Origin: Hemiscyllium ocellatum
Taxonomy: Eukaryota
Length of the DNA stretch: 64,000 nt
NCBI RefSeq assembly: GCF_020745735.1
Contig: NC_083402.1
Location: 8,446,004-8,510,003, forward strand
Direction: 5' to 3'
Below are positions 1-12,429 of this stretch, piece by piece. Within the stretch, counting starts at the first letter, position 1, and every line of letters starts with the position of its first letter. Below the pieces are notes generated by a model that saw nothing but the letters and a program-made list of their open reading frames with translations, was not told the origin of the DNA and did not search any database. A program made the translations under genes and the position numbers.

Positions 1-819
1 CTAGATTCTCTTAATCAAGAGTGACCTATGTATGTCAATCTGATATTAGACACACCAGATTCTCAATAGCAGGAAATTGACCCTAAACACCTAACGCCAG
101 ACCAGTTGGTCTAATGTCAGTTCACTCTATATTTATTGTTTTCTATTTTCTGCACACACTCCTTGAACTCTGATTTAAAAAGGCTTGTTCATTTCAAAAG
201 AATCCTGTCACTCAGAAAGGGCTCATTCAGCATATTGTGTCAGTGTCAGCTCTTTGAAAGATCGAACCAATTAATTCTATCCCCTCAGCCATTCTCCATG
301 ATCCTCTAAAAATGTATGCTTTCATAGCTACTATTGAGTCAACATCTCTTTCAGGCAGTGCATTCTAGATCACAGTTTATAGAACCCTTTCTTTCATTCG
401 TGGATGTGGACTAGGTCAGCATTTATTGCACTTTAACTGAGTGGTTTTCCAAGGCATTTCAGAGGCCAATCAAACATTGCATCTGAATTCACATGTAGGC
501 CAGATTGGGTAAGCACAGCAAGTTTCCTTTCCTAAAGGACATTAGTGAGCCATTTTGGTATTAATGACAATTCTCATATACTCAGCATTAGACCTATTTT
601 CAATTCAAATTCAAATGTGACCACCAGCCATAGTGAGACTCTCTAGATTACTAATTCTGTGCCAATACCAGTCTACCACTGTGTCCACAAGAGGCAGTAA
701 AGAATAGATGGAAAGGGTACATCAAATACATCTATATAATAGAGATAGCAAATCAACAAACTAGAATCAAACAAAACACAGATATTTTCCTGATGATTTC
801 AGACCTGATTTCTGCAGTG

Positions 820-1055
820 GGAGAAAGTGAGGACTGCAGATGCTAGAGATCAGAGTCGAAGAGTGTGGTGCTGGAAAAGCACAGCTGGCCAGGCAGCATC
901 TGAGGAGCAGGAGAATCAACGTTTCAGGCATAAGCCCTTCATCAGGAATGAGCCTCATTCCTGATGAAGGGCTTATGCCTGAAACATCGATTCTCCTGCT
1001 CCTCGGATGCTGCCTGGCCGACTGTGCTTTTCCAGCACCACACTCTTCAACTCTA
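820..1055. mobile_element. Penelope-like (PLE) asymmetric hairpin mini-element, family A
   Basis: Inverted arms of ~100 bp turn at GAATGAGCCTCATTC (~946-960). Contains CTGATGA-A-GGGC-TTAT-GCCT-GAAAC. Flanked by the direct repeat ATTTCTGCAGTG (808-819, 1056-1067). Confidence 0.7.
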
Positions 1056-1274
1056 ATTTCTGCAGTGTAAAATTTTAAGAACTGTAAAAGAACAGAAATC
1101 AAGAAGTGCAGAAAGGTGCAAAGGAATCCCTGCAGAAATGATTAATAGTGGTACAGTGAAAATGTCCCTGCACTCGTACAGTAATTCAGAAGCTTCAAGT
1201 AATTCAGCAGACAAGGTTTTGTATCGTACCATGGCAGATGGTGAAAATTTAATTCAATGAAATCTGAAATTAAA

Positions 1275-1620
1275 AGCTAGTCTAATAGTGACCATATAAG
1301 GACCGTTGGGTCTTGTAAAAAACCATTTAGTTCACTGATGTCCTTTATGGAAGGAAAACTGCTGATTTTACTTGGTAAGGCCTACATGTGATATTCTCCA
1401 GACTCAGGGCAATGTGATTAACTCTGAGCTGCAATCCGAAATGACTCAGCAAACCACTGGAAGCAAAACATTAACTCTGCTTTCTGCCCACAGATGCAGG
1501 CAGACCAGCTGGGTTTCTCCAAAACCTGCTTTTTTTTTAACAAGCCACTCAGATTAAGGGTAATTAGGGATTGGAAAAAAATGCTAGCCCAACCAGTGAC
1601 ATCCACATGCCATGAATGTA
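1275..1620 (+). mobile_element. Decayed LINE (L2/CR1-clade) 3' tail
   Basis: GTTCACTGATGTCCTTTATGGAAGGAAAACTGC...CCTACATGTGA...AATTAGGGATTGG...CACATGCCATGAA; a similar tail recurs at ~22490-22690. Confidence 0.45.
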
Positions 1621-1770
1621 CAAAGTAAAAGTGACTAACTCAAGTGGGTGGAAAGGAAAACAGCTGGAAGTGTTTTTGAGCACAGAGTATTACCAGTTGA
1701 GAAACAGGGACGGCTGCAACTTTGATTACTCAAACAACTAAGTGAATGAAAAAGACCTTGGCAGGGTGCT

Positions 1771-2060
1771 TTAGATTAGATTAGATTACTTACAGTGTGG
1801 AAACAAGCCCTTCGGCCCAACAATTCCACACCAACCCGCCGAAGCAGCGCCCACCCTTACCCCTAACCTAACATTACACGCAATTCACCTGACCCGCACA
1901 TCTTTGGACTGTGGGAGGAAACTGGAGCACCTGGAGGAAGCCCACGCAGACACGGGGAGAACGTGCAAACTCCACACAGTCAGTCCCCTGAGTCGGGAAT
2001 TGAACCCGGGTCTCAGGCACTGTGAGGCAGCTGTGCTGACCACTGTGCCACCGTGCCGCC
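1771..2060 (-). mobile_element. tRNA-derived SINE (HE1/V-SINE type)
   Basis: A/B-box head, V-domain (TGTGTGGAGTTTGCACGTTCTCCCCGTGTCTGCGTGGG), CR1-like 3' tail GGGCCGAAGGGC and (TAATC)n end. Confidence 0.85.
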
Positions 2061-2220
2061 CACAATTGGAAGCTAAAGAAAGTAATTACATCAGCTGTGA
2101 TCAATTCAGTTTTAGGAATGATTGTGGAACTAGAGAGGTTATGATGGTGATGAGACTGTTCAGCAGATATGGACAGCTGCTTTGTGGACTGAAAAGGTTT
2201 TCTCCTGGTGAACTGACAGA

Positions 2221-2720
2221 AGTTAAAAATCACACAACACCAGGTTATAGTCCAACAGGTTTAATTAGAAGCACTAGCTTTCGGTGCGCTGCTCCTTCAT
2301 CAGGTGATTGTCGAGTAAACAGTTGTAAGACACAATTTATAGTAAAAGTTTACAGTGTGATGTAGCTGAAATTATACATTGAAAAATACCTTGATTGTTT
2401 GTTAAGTCTCTTATCTGTTAGAATGACCATGTTAGTTTCATTTCTTGTATACATAAGTCGCAAAACCTTTTTTGGAGTTACGTTCTCAGGTGAACTTTAA
2501 CAATTGGTGTCAGCCCAGATAACGTGTTGAAGGTGTTAGCCCCCTGCATGCTGTTGTCTGTGCCGTAATGTTTAGATCGATTCTAATCTAAAAAAATGAA
2601 CTAACAGAACTTTCCATGGATTCGTGCAGTTTTTGAGCAGAGTACAATGTGACTCTGCAAGTACAAATTCACCTCACAAATTAATATGTGTGAGTGTGCA
2701 AAGTATGGCAGGGATGACAG
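2221..2720 (-). mobile_element. Penelope-like element 3' fragment, family B
   Basis: The minus strand reads CTGATGAAGGAGCAGCGCACCGAAAGCTAGTGC...CTGGTGTTGTGTGATTTTTAACT, the same tail as at 48590-48690 and 35136-35343. Confidence 0.6.
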
Positions 2721-5700
2721 AAATGATTCATAACGATGTTTCCAGAGATGAGGAATTTTGGTTATGAAGGTAGATTGGAGAATTTGCAACTGTTTTCCTT
2801 ATAGAAAAGGAGAAGAACTTCGAAGTATTCAAAATCGCATCTAACAAGAAACTTTCCTCACATGAAAGGATGGTGAACAAAAGGGCACAGATTTAAACCA
2901 GATAATCAAAGATGCACAAGTGACGTGGAAAAATAACACACCGGAATGCAAAGCCTGAGATGTGGTGGAGGCAAGTTCAACTGAAACATTTAAAACAGTA
3001 GCAACTATCACCCAAATAGAAAGAATATGGAGTGTGACAGGGAGCAGGCAGGAGTGTGACACTAAGTGAGTTGCACATTTAGAGAACGAGTGTGGACACA
3101 ATGGGCTGAATGACCACCCTCTGCCCTGTAAGGGTTCTGTGATTCTTCAAATTTTCAGAATTTAGGGTCTAGACAGCAGGAAGCACAGCCACCAATGATT
3201 GGGCAAAGAAAATGGATGTATAATTGAGTTGAATAAAGACAGCTTTGGAGGGTTGAAGGGCACAAAAGTGTTACAGATATAGGGATGGAGGAGCCATGAA
3301 GATAAGATAAGGCTCATCAGCACTGACATAATTGAACTCATGGGTCCGAGGCCTCTAATATGTCAGTGTGGACTTGTTGGGCCGAAGGGCCTGTTTCCAC
3401 ACTGTAGGGATTCTAAAAATTCAATTCATGTTCCTGCAGTCCTCACCTACTCCCATCCTGCATGATCAGTTTGATCAGGGCAAAGGAAGGTCATGAGGAC
3501 AGCCCCAAAAATAAATCAGTGCCTGAGCATTGCACCCACTGCATCGACCTGAAGAGGAGTCTATGTTACATTGTAGGAGCAAATTACTACAGATGCTGGA
3601 ATCTGTACTGCAAACAAAAAATGCTGGAAATCACAATGGGTCTGACAACATCCATGAGAGACAGCAAGCTACTGTTTCAAGTCTACATGACTCTTCATCA
3701 GAGCTGAAGTGAAGTGTGGAGGGGGCAGCACTTATGCTATAGTTGGGGTGGGGGGTGGGGGTTTGGTGGTGTGGGGTTTGTAATTCTGGAGGAGAAAGGA
3801 TGTTGATAGTTCAGATTAAGTGATCAGAATGCGAATCAGAAGTATCAATATCCTTTATCTCCCAGCATTCCACTCTAATCCACCCCCACCACATATTGCA
3901 TAAATGCAGCTCCCTCCTCAGTTCACTTGAGTTCTAATGAATAATCATCTAGACTTGAAATGTGAGCTTACTTTCTGTCCATGGATGTCACCTCAGCCGC
4001 TGTGATCTCCAGTATTTTCTGTTTTCAGTCCATGTTACCGTCCTACCCCTAGATACAGCTCTGTTACTCAGACTATCTGAGCTACAATGTCCATGCCTTT
4101 ATCCAGCAAACCCTCTAACTCAATCTTAACAATAAAAACTCACAAGAGCATCATGCTGAATTACAGATTCCTTTCTGTGATACTGAGATTCTGTACCGGG
4201 TCTGTTGGGATTCTGTCAAATGGCAGTGAATGAAATTACGTTTTTGAAGAATTGAGATTTGACAATGATGGAAGTAGAATGGGGTTTGATCCATCATAGT
4301 TCAATAGAATGGGTTTGAATGGACCTACTTTGAAACAGCCTCAATATTCAATCACTCGAGAGAAAACTCAAACAGGAGTCGGACATCAGAGAATGGCTGA
4401 TGCTATTGAACAGGCCACCTTCACCCACCCTCCACCACCCACCAAAGACAAAGTCAATATTTTCAGAGAATGAGTGGAAGAGGAGAGAGTCAGTGAGGGA
4501 AAATTAATTAAGGGTCATCGTTTGCTGGTTTCAACCAATAGAACCATATTGTATCATTAACCCTCATTCCCTAAAAGAACCCACCTCCTTTCTTCCTGTA
4601 GATGATGAACATGATGATAAGGATGAAGAAGATGAACAGGAGGCTGAGGAGTGAGATGATCAGTTGACATATCACAATGGTGGGCTCAGGCTCCTTCACT
4701 ATAAAATGGAAGGAACAATGTTGGTCAGCCATATCTCAAACCTGGGACATGCTTCTCATTCAGGCATCCTCCAGATTGAACCACTTGGTGGTGCTCCTGT
4801 GTATTGGAATAAACAGGCCCCTGAAACAAAGACAATTCAAAGGAATCTTGGTCCCGAGCAGCTTTCATCCCTCATCTGCTGAAATAACACTCCACATTGG
4901 AGACCGGTTAGGGTAATTGTTTCTCAGAGTACAGGTTCCTTTGAGTACCTTAGGTACCAAGGTCACACTGTATATGTACATGGACTTGATGACACCACAC
5001 CTGGAATATTGTATGCAGTTTTGGTCTCCTTATCTAAGGAAGGATGTTCTGCTCATGGAGGGAGTGCAATGAAGGTTGACCAGACTGATTCCTGGGATTG
5101 CAGAACTGACATATCTGGGATTCAGGATGAAGGATGGATGAGACTGGATCAATTAAGGCTATATTCATTGAGGTTTTGAAGAATAAAGGATACTTCACTG
5201 AAATGTCTAAAATTCTGACAGGAGTAAACAAGATAAATGTGGAACAGATGATCCTGATGACCAGGGAATCCAGAACCAGGAGTCACACTCTAATGATATG
5301 GGGTAGCCATTTAGGACTGAGATGAGGAGAAAATTTCTTCATCCAGAGAGTGGGAAGCCTGTGGAATTCTCTGCCATAGAAAATGGCTGAAGCCAAAACA
5401 TTGAGTGTTTTCATGAAGGAGTTAGATACAGTTTTTAGGGTTAAAAGTCCTCAAAGAAATTGGGAAAAAAGTACAAGGTTGCATGATTGGCCATGATCAT
5501 ATTGAAGAAGAAAGGAGCATTCTCGAAGGGCCAAATGGCTCACTCCTGTTTCAAATTTTCTATGTTCCTCAGGAGAGTGCAGCCAGACACAGTTTGGTGG
5601 CTCATCAGATGGCGAAGCTGTACAGGAGTGTGAGTGGTAGGAAAAAGAATGGAAGAGCAAAAGTGATAATGAATTTCATAGTCAGGGATCAGACAGGAGC

Positions 5701-5977
5701 TTCTGTGGCCCTCAGTAAGCCTTCAGGATGACATGCTGTCTCAATGGTGCCAGGGGAATGAATTTCATGAAACAGCTATTGGATATTTTGATTCTTCATT
5801 GTTGTTCTTTACATTCTGCCCAATTTTCAGACCTGCCACCTACCTTTGTGGAATTAGATGCTTTTTCTTTCATGTTGATGTTGCCTTTAATCTTTCTGGT
5901 TAAACATGCTTGAACAGCACAGAGGAGATTTACAAGAATCTTGTAAGGACTTGAAAAATGCAGGTATCGGGAAAAAA

Positions 5978-6177
5978 NNNNNNNNNNNNNNNNNNNNNNN
6001 NNNNNNNNNNNNNNNNNNNNNNNNNNNNNNNNNNNNNNNNNNNNNNNNNNNNNNNNNNNNNNNNNNNNNNNNNNNNNNNNNNNNNNNNNNNNNNNNNNNN
6101 NNNNNNNNNNNNNNNNNNNNNNNNNNNNNNNNNNNNNNNNNNNNNNNNNNNNNNNNNNNNNNNNNNNNNNNNNNNNN
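5978..6177. other. Assembly gap (200 N)
   Basis: A run of exactly 200 N, a fixed-size placeholder. Confidence 0.99.
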
Positions 6178-7130
6178 TGGGCCTCTACTCTTTGTAATTT
6201 TTATTAATGACTTGGATGAGGAGATTGAAGGATGCGTTAGCAAGTATGCAGATGACACAAAGGTTGGAGATGTCGTTGACGTATAGAGGACTGTGTAGGT
6301 GCAGCGTGACATTTGACAGGATGCACAGATGGGCTGAGAGGTGGCAGATGGAGTTCAACCTGGATAAATGTGAAGTGATGCATTTTGGATGGTCATACTT
6401 GAAAGTTGAGTACAGGATTCAAGACAGGATTCGTGGCAGTGTGGAGGAACAGCAGGATCTTGGTGTGCAGGTACATAGATCCCTTAAAATTGCCACCAAT
6501 GTGGAAAGGGTTGTTAAGAAAGCATATGGTGTTTTGGCTTTCATTAACAGGGGGATGAGTTTAAGAGCCATGAGATCTTGTTGCAGCTCTATAAAACTTT
6601 GTTAGAATGCACTTGGAATAATGTGTCTAGTTCTGATTGCCCTATTATAGGAAAGTTGTGGTGCTTTGGAGAGGGTTCAGAGGAGGTTTACCAGGGTGCT
6701 GTGGATGGAGGGCTATCTTATGGGGAGAGGTTGACTGAGCTCGGACCTTTTTCATTGGAAAAAGAAGGAAGAGTGGGGAACCTATTGAGATGTACAAGAT
6801 AATGAGAGGCATAGACAGAGTTGATAGCCAGAGACGTTTTCCCAGAGCAGAAATTGTTAACGCGAGGGGTCATAGTTTTAAGTTGTTTGGCGAAGATATA
6901 GAGGGGATGTCAGAGGTGGGTTCTTTTTGCGAGAATTGTGTGAGCATGGATGTGTTGCCAGCAGCAGGTGTGGAAGCGAGGTCATTGGGGATATTTAAGA
7001 GACTACTGGACATGCATATGGTCACAGACAATTTTGGGGTTCGTACATTAGGTTTACGTTACATGAGGATCAATGGTTGGCACAACATCGTGGGCTGAAG
7101 GGCCTGTTCTGTTTTGCTGTACTGTTAAAA
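6178..7130 (+). mobile_element. CR1 LINE ORF2/3' end (mirror of 44350-45311)
   Basis: RT motifs [13 protein letters not shown] and KYADDTK, plus the 3' tail GGGCTGAAGGGCCTGTT; many small deletions relative to the right-arm copy. Confidence 0.9.
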
Positions 7131-8068
7131 AAAATCACATTCTTGAGATAACTTACACTTTGAGGTAAAAGGTGACATCTTAGTTCAGTTAATGCATTTA
7201 AGGTGCGAGGTTAGAGTCTGGTCTGTTTTCCAATCTTGAGTCAGACTGGTTCTATTTCCAAAGTAGGAATTTATAAAATGTTACATGGATTAGCTGCCTG
7301 CATTGACTGCCTGCAGTTGTGGACTTTTTGACAAAATGGAATGTTCCTGCACTTTTGCAAATTCACATTCACCCAATATAAATGTGTGTGAGCATGTGAG
7401 GGACAGAGAGAGAGAGAACGAGAGTGGTGTGAGTGTTTGCACTTGAGTGTGTATGTGTGGGTGTGAATGTGAGTGCTTGAGAGGTGTGTGTTTGCATGTG
7501 TGCGGTACTTGGTAGTCTGTGTGAGTGTGACAGTGTATAAGCCTGTGAGAGGATTTGTGCTTGGTTGTGAGTGTGGGGAGTGTATGTGTGTGTGTGTGTC
7601 TGATGAGAGAGCGGGTGTATGAGAAAGGGCCCTTGGTCATCCCTGCACTAACTGGTTTTTACTTGAATAAACATTGGCCACGTGCCTGGATTCTGTCTGC
7701 CTCCTGAGTCTTTGTACCATTCGGGGGGACAATGTAAGGTGCTTTCCTTCTGGTTAATTTCAATTTTAAAAAGTAGAAGGAGTTTTACTCTGGATCCAAC
7801 CCTGAGCTGTGGCTGTCTGGGAGTGTTTGATGGAGACAGTGCTGAAAGAGCTTTACTCTGTCTTTAACACTGTCCTGCCCCAGCTCACGGAGTGTTTGAT
7901 GCTGAAGTTGATGATTTTGAGAATTGTGTGGAAGCTTTTTTGAACGGTTGCTGTGGTTGGTTGCCTCTGTTTTAGAATAGCCTTTTGTCATTCTCTCAGC
8001 TCCTATGACCGTACATGGACTTCCCGTTTGTTGTTCGTATCGTGTATGATTGCCTCACATTTATTTGG

Positions 8069-8076
8069 CAGGAAGT
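8069..8076 (+). promoter_or_regulatory. ETS-family site CAGGAAGT upstream of the leader exon (mirror 43402-43409)
   Basis: Exact ETS core ~65 bp upstream of the ATG at 8142; motif match only. Confidence 0.3.
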
Positions 8077-8141
8077 CAAGTAACTTCTGTAAAAGGACAA
8101 GAGTAAGTGAGTGAGAAGGATGAAATGGTGAAATATTAACG

Positions 8142-8202
8142 ATGAGGTCTCTCTCTGTTTGTCTTTCTGCAGTCCTGCTGTCAGTCTCAGTACGAGGTCA
8201 CA
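8142..8202 (+). CDS. Signal-peptide exon, left-arm mirror copy
   Basis: AACG-ATG (A at -3); encodes MRSLSVCLSAVLLSVSVRGH plus 1 nt; donor GTAAGT at 8203; phase 1. Confidence 0.6.
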
Positions 8203-9749
8203 GTAAGTACTTTCTAATACTGACCTTTCAAATCCACTTTGTTCATCATGGAATTGCCTCCTCCTTGATGGTCTGTTTGCTGTCTGGTATTTAGTTCCAA
8301 ACTGTTACTGCTCAGCACGATGTGCCTTTTCCTTCACTGCGGTTTCTTCATCAGGGAGAAATCATTTGTTTTATCAAAAATGAAAGCAGTGACAATTGAC
8401 TATTCGAGCGTGATGATTTATTCCTTCATGTTTTCCTTGTAGACTCATCAACCTTAGACATTTACAGTGCAGAAGGAGGCCATTTTGGGTGATCATGTCT
8501 GTATCAGTTCAACGATGATCTCACTCTACTTCTCCCATTTTGCAGCTCTCATCTAAAAGCCTTCTAAAACCAACTTATTGAGGGCTTTAATGTAATTAGT
8601 GGGGTGGAGATCACGTTGGGAGGTGGGATTCAGTTGGAGGGAATTTTGAAAATCAAAAAGGGATGTTGTTCAGAGGGTCAATGTGGATTTGTTGGGTCAA
8701 ATCTCCTGTTTTCACACTGCAGGGATCCGGAAAAATAGAAATGACAGAGCAGAGGTGCAGGCTACTGAAGAGGCAAATAGAAATGCAAATGAACATTGAA
8801 GTACAAATGTTACCAGAGTTTATAACTCAACCGCCCTTTCAGGCAGTGAGTTCCAGACTCTTATTAACCTCTACATGAGGAAGAATCTGTTAAGTCTCCT
8901 CTCACCCTCTATCTCTGACCTTAAATCTATCTTTCTGTTTACTGACCACAGTATGAATGAAGAAAGGACCTTCTTCCCTATCCTATCTGAGCACTCATAA
9001 TTATCCATGTTTTATTAGTTTTCCTGTCAACCAATCAAAAAAAAAAGAGAGAGCAGATAATGCAGGGTATTGAAGGGGTGAATGATAATCAAAGTGTGAT
9101 GGGAAAGAGTAGGAGATGTACAGAGAAACATTGAATTTGGTACTGGGCAATAAACTGGGCCAGCTGTTAGATTAGGTGACAGTGACCACAATTCAGTTAA
9201 GTTTACTTTAGTGATGGAAAGGTGCAGGTATATGCTGCAGGGCAAGAGTTATAGCTGGGGGAAAGGCAGTTATGATGCAATGAGGCAAGATTTATGAAGC
9301 ATAAGATGGGGAACGAAACTGCAGGGGATGGTCACAATTGAAATGTGGAGCCTGTTCAAGGAAACAACTCCTGCGTGTCCTTGATAAGTATGTCCCTGTC
9401 AGGCAGGGAGGACGTGGTTCAGTGAAGGAACCATGATTTATGAAAGAAGTTGAAGCTCCTGTCAAGAGGAAGAAGGAGACTGATGGAAAGATGTGATGGG
9501 AGACTCAGATAGGGCACTTGATTGTTACTTGATGTTGGCAGGAAGGACCAAAAGAGAGAGCTAAGAAGAGTCAGGAGGGGGCATGAGAACTCTTTGGCAG
9601 GTAGGATCAAGGAACCCCTAAAGCTTCCTTTCAGTGTATCTGGAATAAAAAGATGACAACAGAAGATTGGGCAAGTCAACGACAGTAGTGGGAAGTTGTG
9701 TGTGGAATCTGAAGAGATAGGAGCGGCGTTAAATTAATATGCTTCGTCT

Positions 9750-10082
9750 GGGTGTCACAGTGGCTCAGTGTGGTTAGCACTGCTGCCTCACAGCGCCAGG
9801 GACCTGGGTTCGATTCCCACCTCAGGCGACTGCTGTGTGGAGTTTACACATTCTCCCCGTGTCTGTGTGGGTTGTCTCTGGGTGCTCCAGTTTCCTCATA
9901 TTCTTAGAATGGAGAGGTCAGGTGAATTGGTCATGCTAAATTGCCCATTGTGTTCGGTGCATTGGTCATCGGTAAATATAGGGTTGGGAAATGTGTATGG
10001 GTGGGCTACTCTTCGGAGTGTTGCTGTGGACATGTTGGGCCAAATGGCCTGTTTCCATACTGTAGGGAATCTATCTAATCAA
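9750..10082 (+). mobile_element. HE1/V-SINE-type SINE (mirror 41393-41726, minus)
   Basis: tRNA head, V-domain and CR1-like tail. Confidence 0.8.
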
Positions 10083-10459
10083 AGTATTCACACAGGAAAA
10101 AGACATTGTTGTCGAGGAGAATACTGAGGTGCAGACTATTAGACAAGACGTTTCCACATTAAACTCCATTTACCACCTCTCAGCCCAGTTCTGCAGCTTA
10201 TCTTTGTCCCTCTGTAATCTGCAACACTCTTCTGCACTGTCCACAGCTCCACTGACATTAGTGTCATCTGCAAATTTACTAGCCCATCCTTCTATGCCCT
10301 CATCCAGGTCATTGATAAAAATGACAAACAGCAGTGGCCCCAAAACTGATCATTGCGGTACATCCACTAGTAACTGAACTCTAGGATGAAAATTTCCCAT
10401 CAACCACTATCCTCTGTCTTCTTCCAGTGAGCCAATGTCTGATCCAAACTGGGAAATCA

Positions 10460-12005
10460 TTAGGAGAAGGTGTTAGCAATGCGAGAAAGTGTGGAAATAG
10501 ATAAATAGATAGATTTATCCAAGGACTCTCTGGGAAGTCAGGAAGGAGATTGCAGAGCTTTTGGTTTTGATCTTTATGTCATCATTGTCTACAGGAATAG
10601 TGCCGGAAGACTGGAGGATAGCAACAGTTGTCCCCTTGTTCAAGAGGGGAATAGAGATAAAACTGGTTATTATAGACCAGTGAGCCTGACTTTGGGTGTG
10701 AGTGAATGTTGGAAAGGATTATAAGAGATTGGATTTATAATCATCCACAAAGAAATAAATTGATTAGGAATAGGCAACACTGTTTTTGTGAAGTGTAGGT
10801 CATGCCTCAAAACTTATTGAGTTATTTGAGATGGTGACCAACAGGTGGATGAGGATAAAGTGGTTGATGTGGTATATATGGATTTCAGTCAAGCGTTTTT
10901 ATATAGTTCCCCATGGTTGGCTATTGCAAAATATACGGAGGCATGGGCTTGAGGGTGATTTAGCAGTTTGGAGCAGAAATTGGCTAGCTGAAGAAGAAAG
11001 AGGGAGGTGGTTGATGGGAAATGTTCATCCTGGTGTTCAATTAGTAGTGGTGTACTCCAAGGATCTGTTTTGGGGCCACTACTGTTTGTCATTTTTATAA
11101 ATGACTTGGATGAGGGTGTAGAAGGGTGGGTAAGTAGATGGCACTAAAGTCAGAGGAGTTGTGTACAGTGCTGAAGGATGTTATAGGTTACAGAGGGACA
11201 TAGATAAGCTGCAGAGGTGGGCTGAAATGTGGCAAATGGAGTTTGATGTGGAAAAGTGTGAGGTGATTCACTTTGGAAGGAGTAATAGGAATACAGAGTA
11301 CTGGGCTGATGGTAAGATTCTTGGTAATGTGGATGAGCAGAGAGATCTCGATGCCCATGTGCATTGATCGCTGAAAGTTGCCACCCAGGATGATAGGTTT
11401 TTTAAGCAGGCTTACAGTGTGTTAGCTTTAATTGGGAGAGAGATTGTGTTTCAGAACAAGAGGTCATGTTGCAGCTGTACAAAACTCTGGTGCGGCCACA
11501 CTTGGAGTATTACATACAGGTCTCGTCAGTACATTGTAGGAAGGATGTGGAAGCTTTGAAAGGGTTCAGAGGAAATTTACGAAGATATTGCCTGGTATGG
11601 TCTTATGAGGAAAGGCTGAGGGACTTGAGGCTGTTTTCGTTAGCGAGAAGACGTTGAGAGGTGACTAATAGAGAATATAAGATGATCAAAGAATTAGATA
11701 AGGTAGACAGTGAGAGTCTTTTTCCTCGGATGGTGGTGGCTAGCACGTGGGGACATAGCTTTAAACTGAGAGTGATCGATAGAGGACAGATGTCAGAGGT
11801 AGGTTCTTTACTCAGAGAGTAGGAAGGGCATGGAATGCCCCACCTGCAACAGTAATAGACTAACCAACTTTAAGGGCTATTAAATGGTTATTGGTAAATA
11901 TATGGATGATAATGGAATAGTGTAGGTTAGATGGGCTTCAGGTTGGTGCAACATTGAGGGCCGAAGGGCCTGTATGTCGTTGTATTGTTCTGTGTTCTAC
12001 GTTTT
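10460..12005 (+). mobile_element. CR1 LINE, 5'-truncated ORF2 to 3' end (mirror ~39465-41010, minus)
   Basis: Frameshifted RT segments ([34 protein letters not shown]) and the 3' tail. Confidence 0.85.
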
Positions 12006-12429
12006 AAAGATGTAGTAGAAATTAACAGCAGCTTAACAAATAAAGTTAAAAAATTTCAACTTTGGGCTCTTTATCTCTGTCTGGAAAAACAGTCAAAAAG
12101 TGAAAGGAGTTGGGGTCACATTGTTAATAAAGGAGGGTATCAGTGTGGTGATGAGGAGTGATACAAGTACAAGAGTTCATGATGTGGAATCAGTTCAGGG
12201 AATGGGGAAAGTAGAAAGTAAGGTGACCGATGACAGACATTAAAATTGCGATTTCCCAAAGCTGAGTGTGAATTTATTCTGAAAAAGTTGATGAGACGGA
12301 GAAACTACCTGAGGTGAACAAAGATGGTCAAGGAGAGTATCCAAACAAAAAACTAACATACGTCAAACAGAAAATCCAGTGCGAGGCCAGAGGGTCGAGA
12401 CATTGTTTTAGAAATTGTGAAATGTAAGA

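Noticed and set aside
1-5977. Host protein-coding exons left of the gap
   Set aside because: The ORFs there are repeat-derived or featureless, and I found no convincing splice-bounded exon.
8103-8172. Split leader using the GTAAGT at 8103 and the acceptor at 8172
   Set aside because: The required frame has a TAA and no ATG upstream; the single 61-nt leader is simpler.
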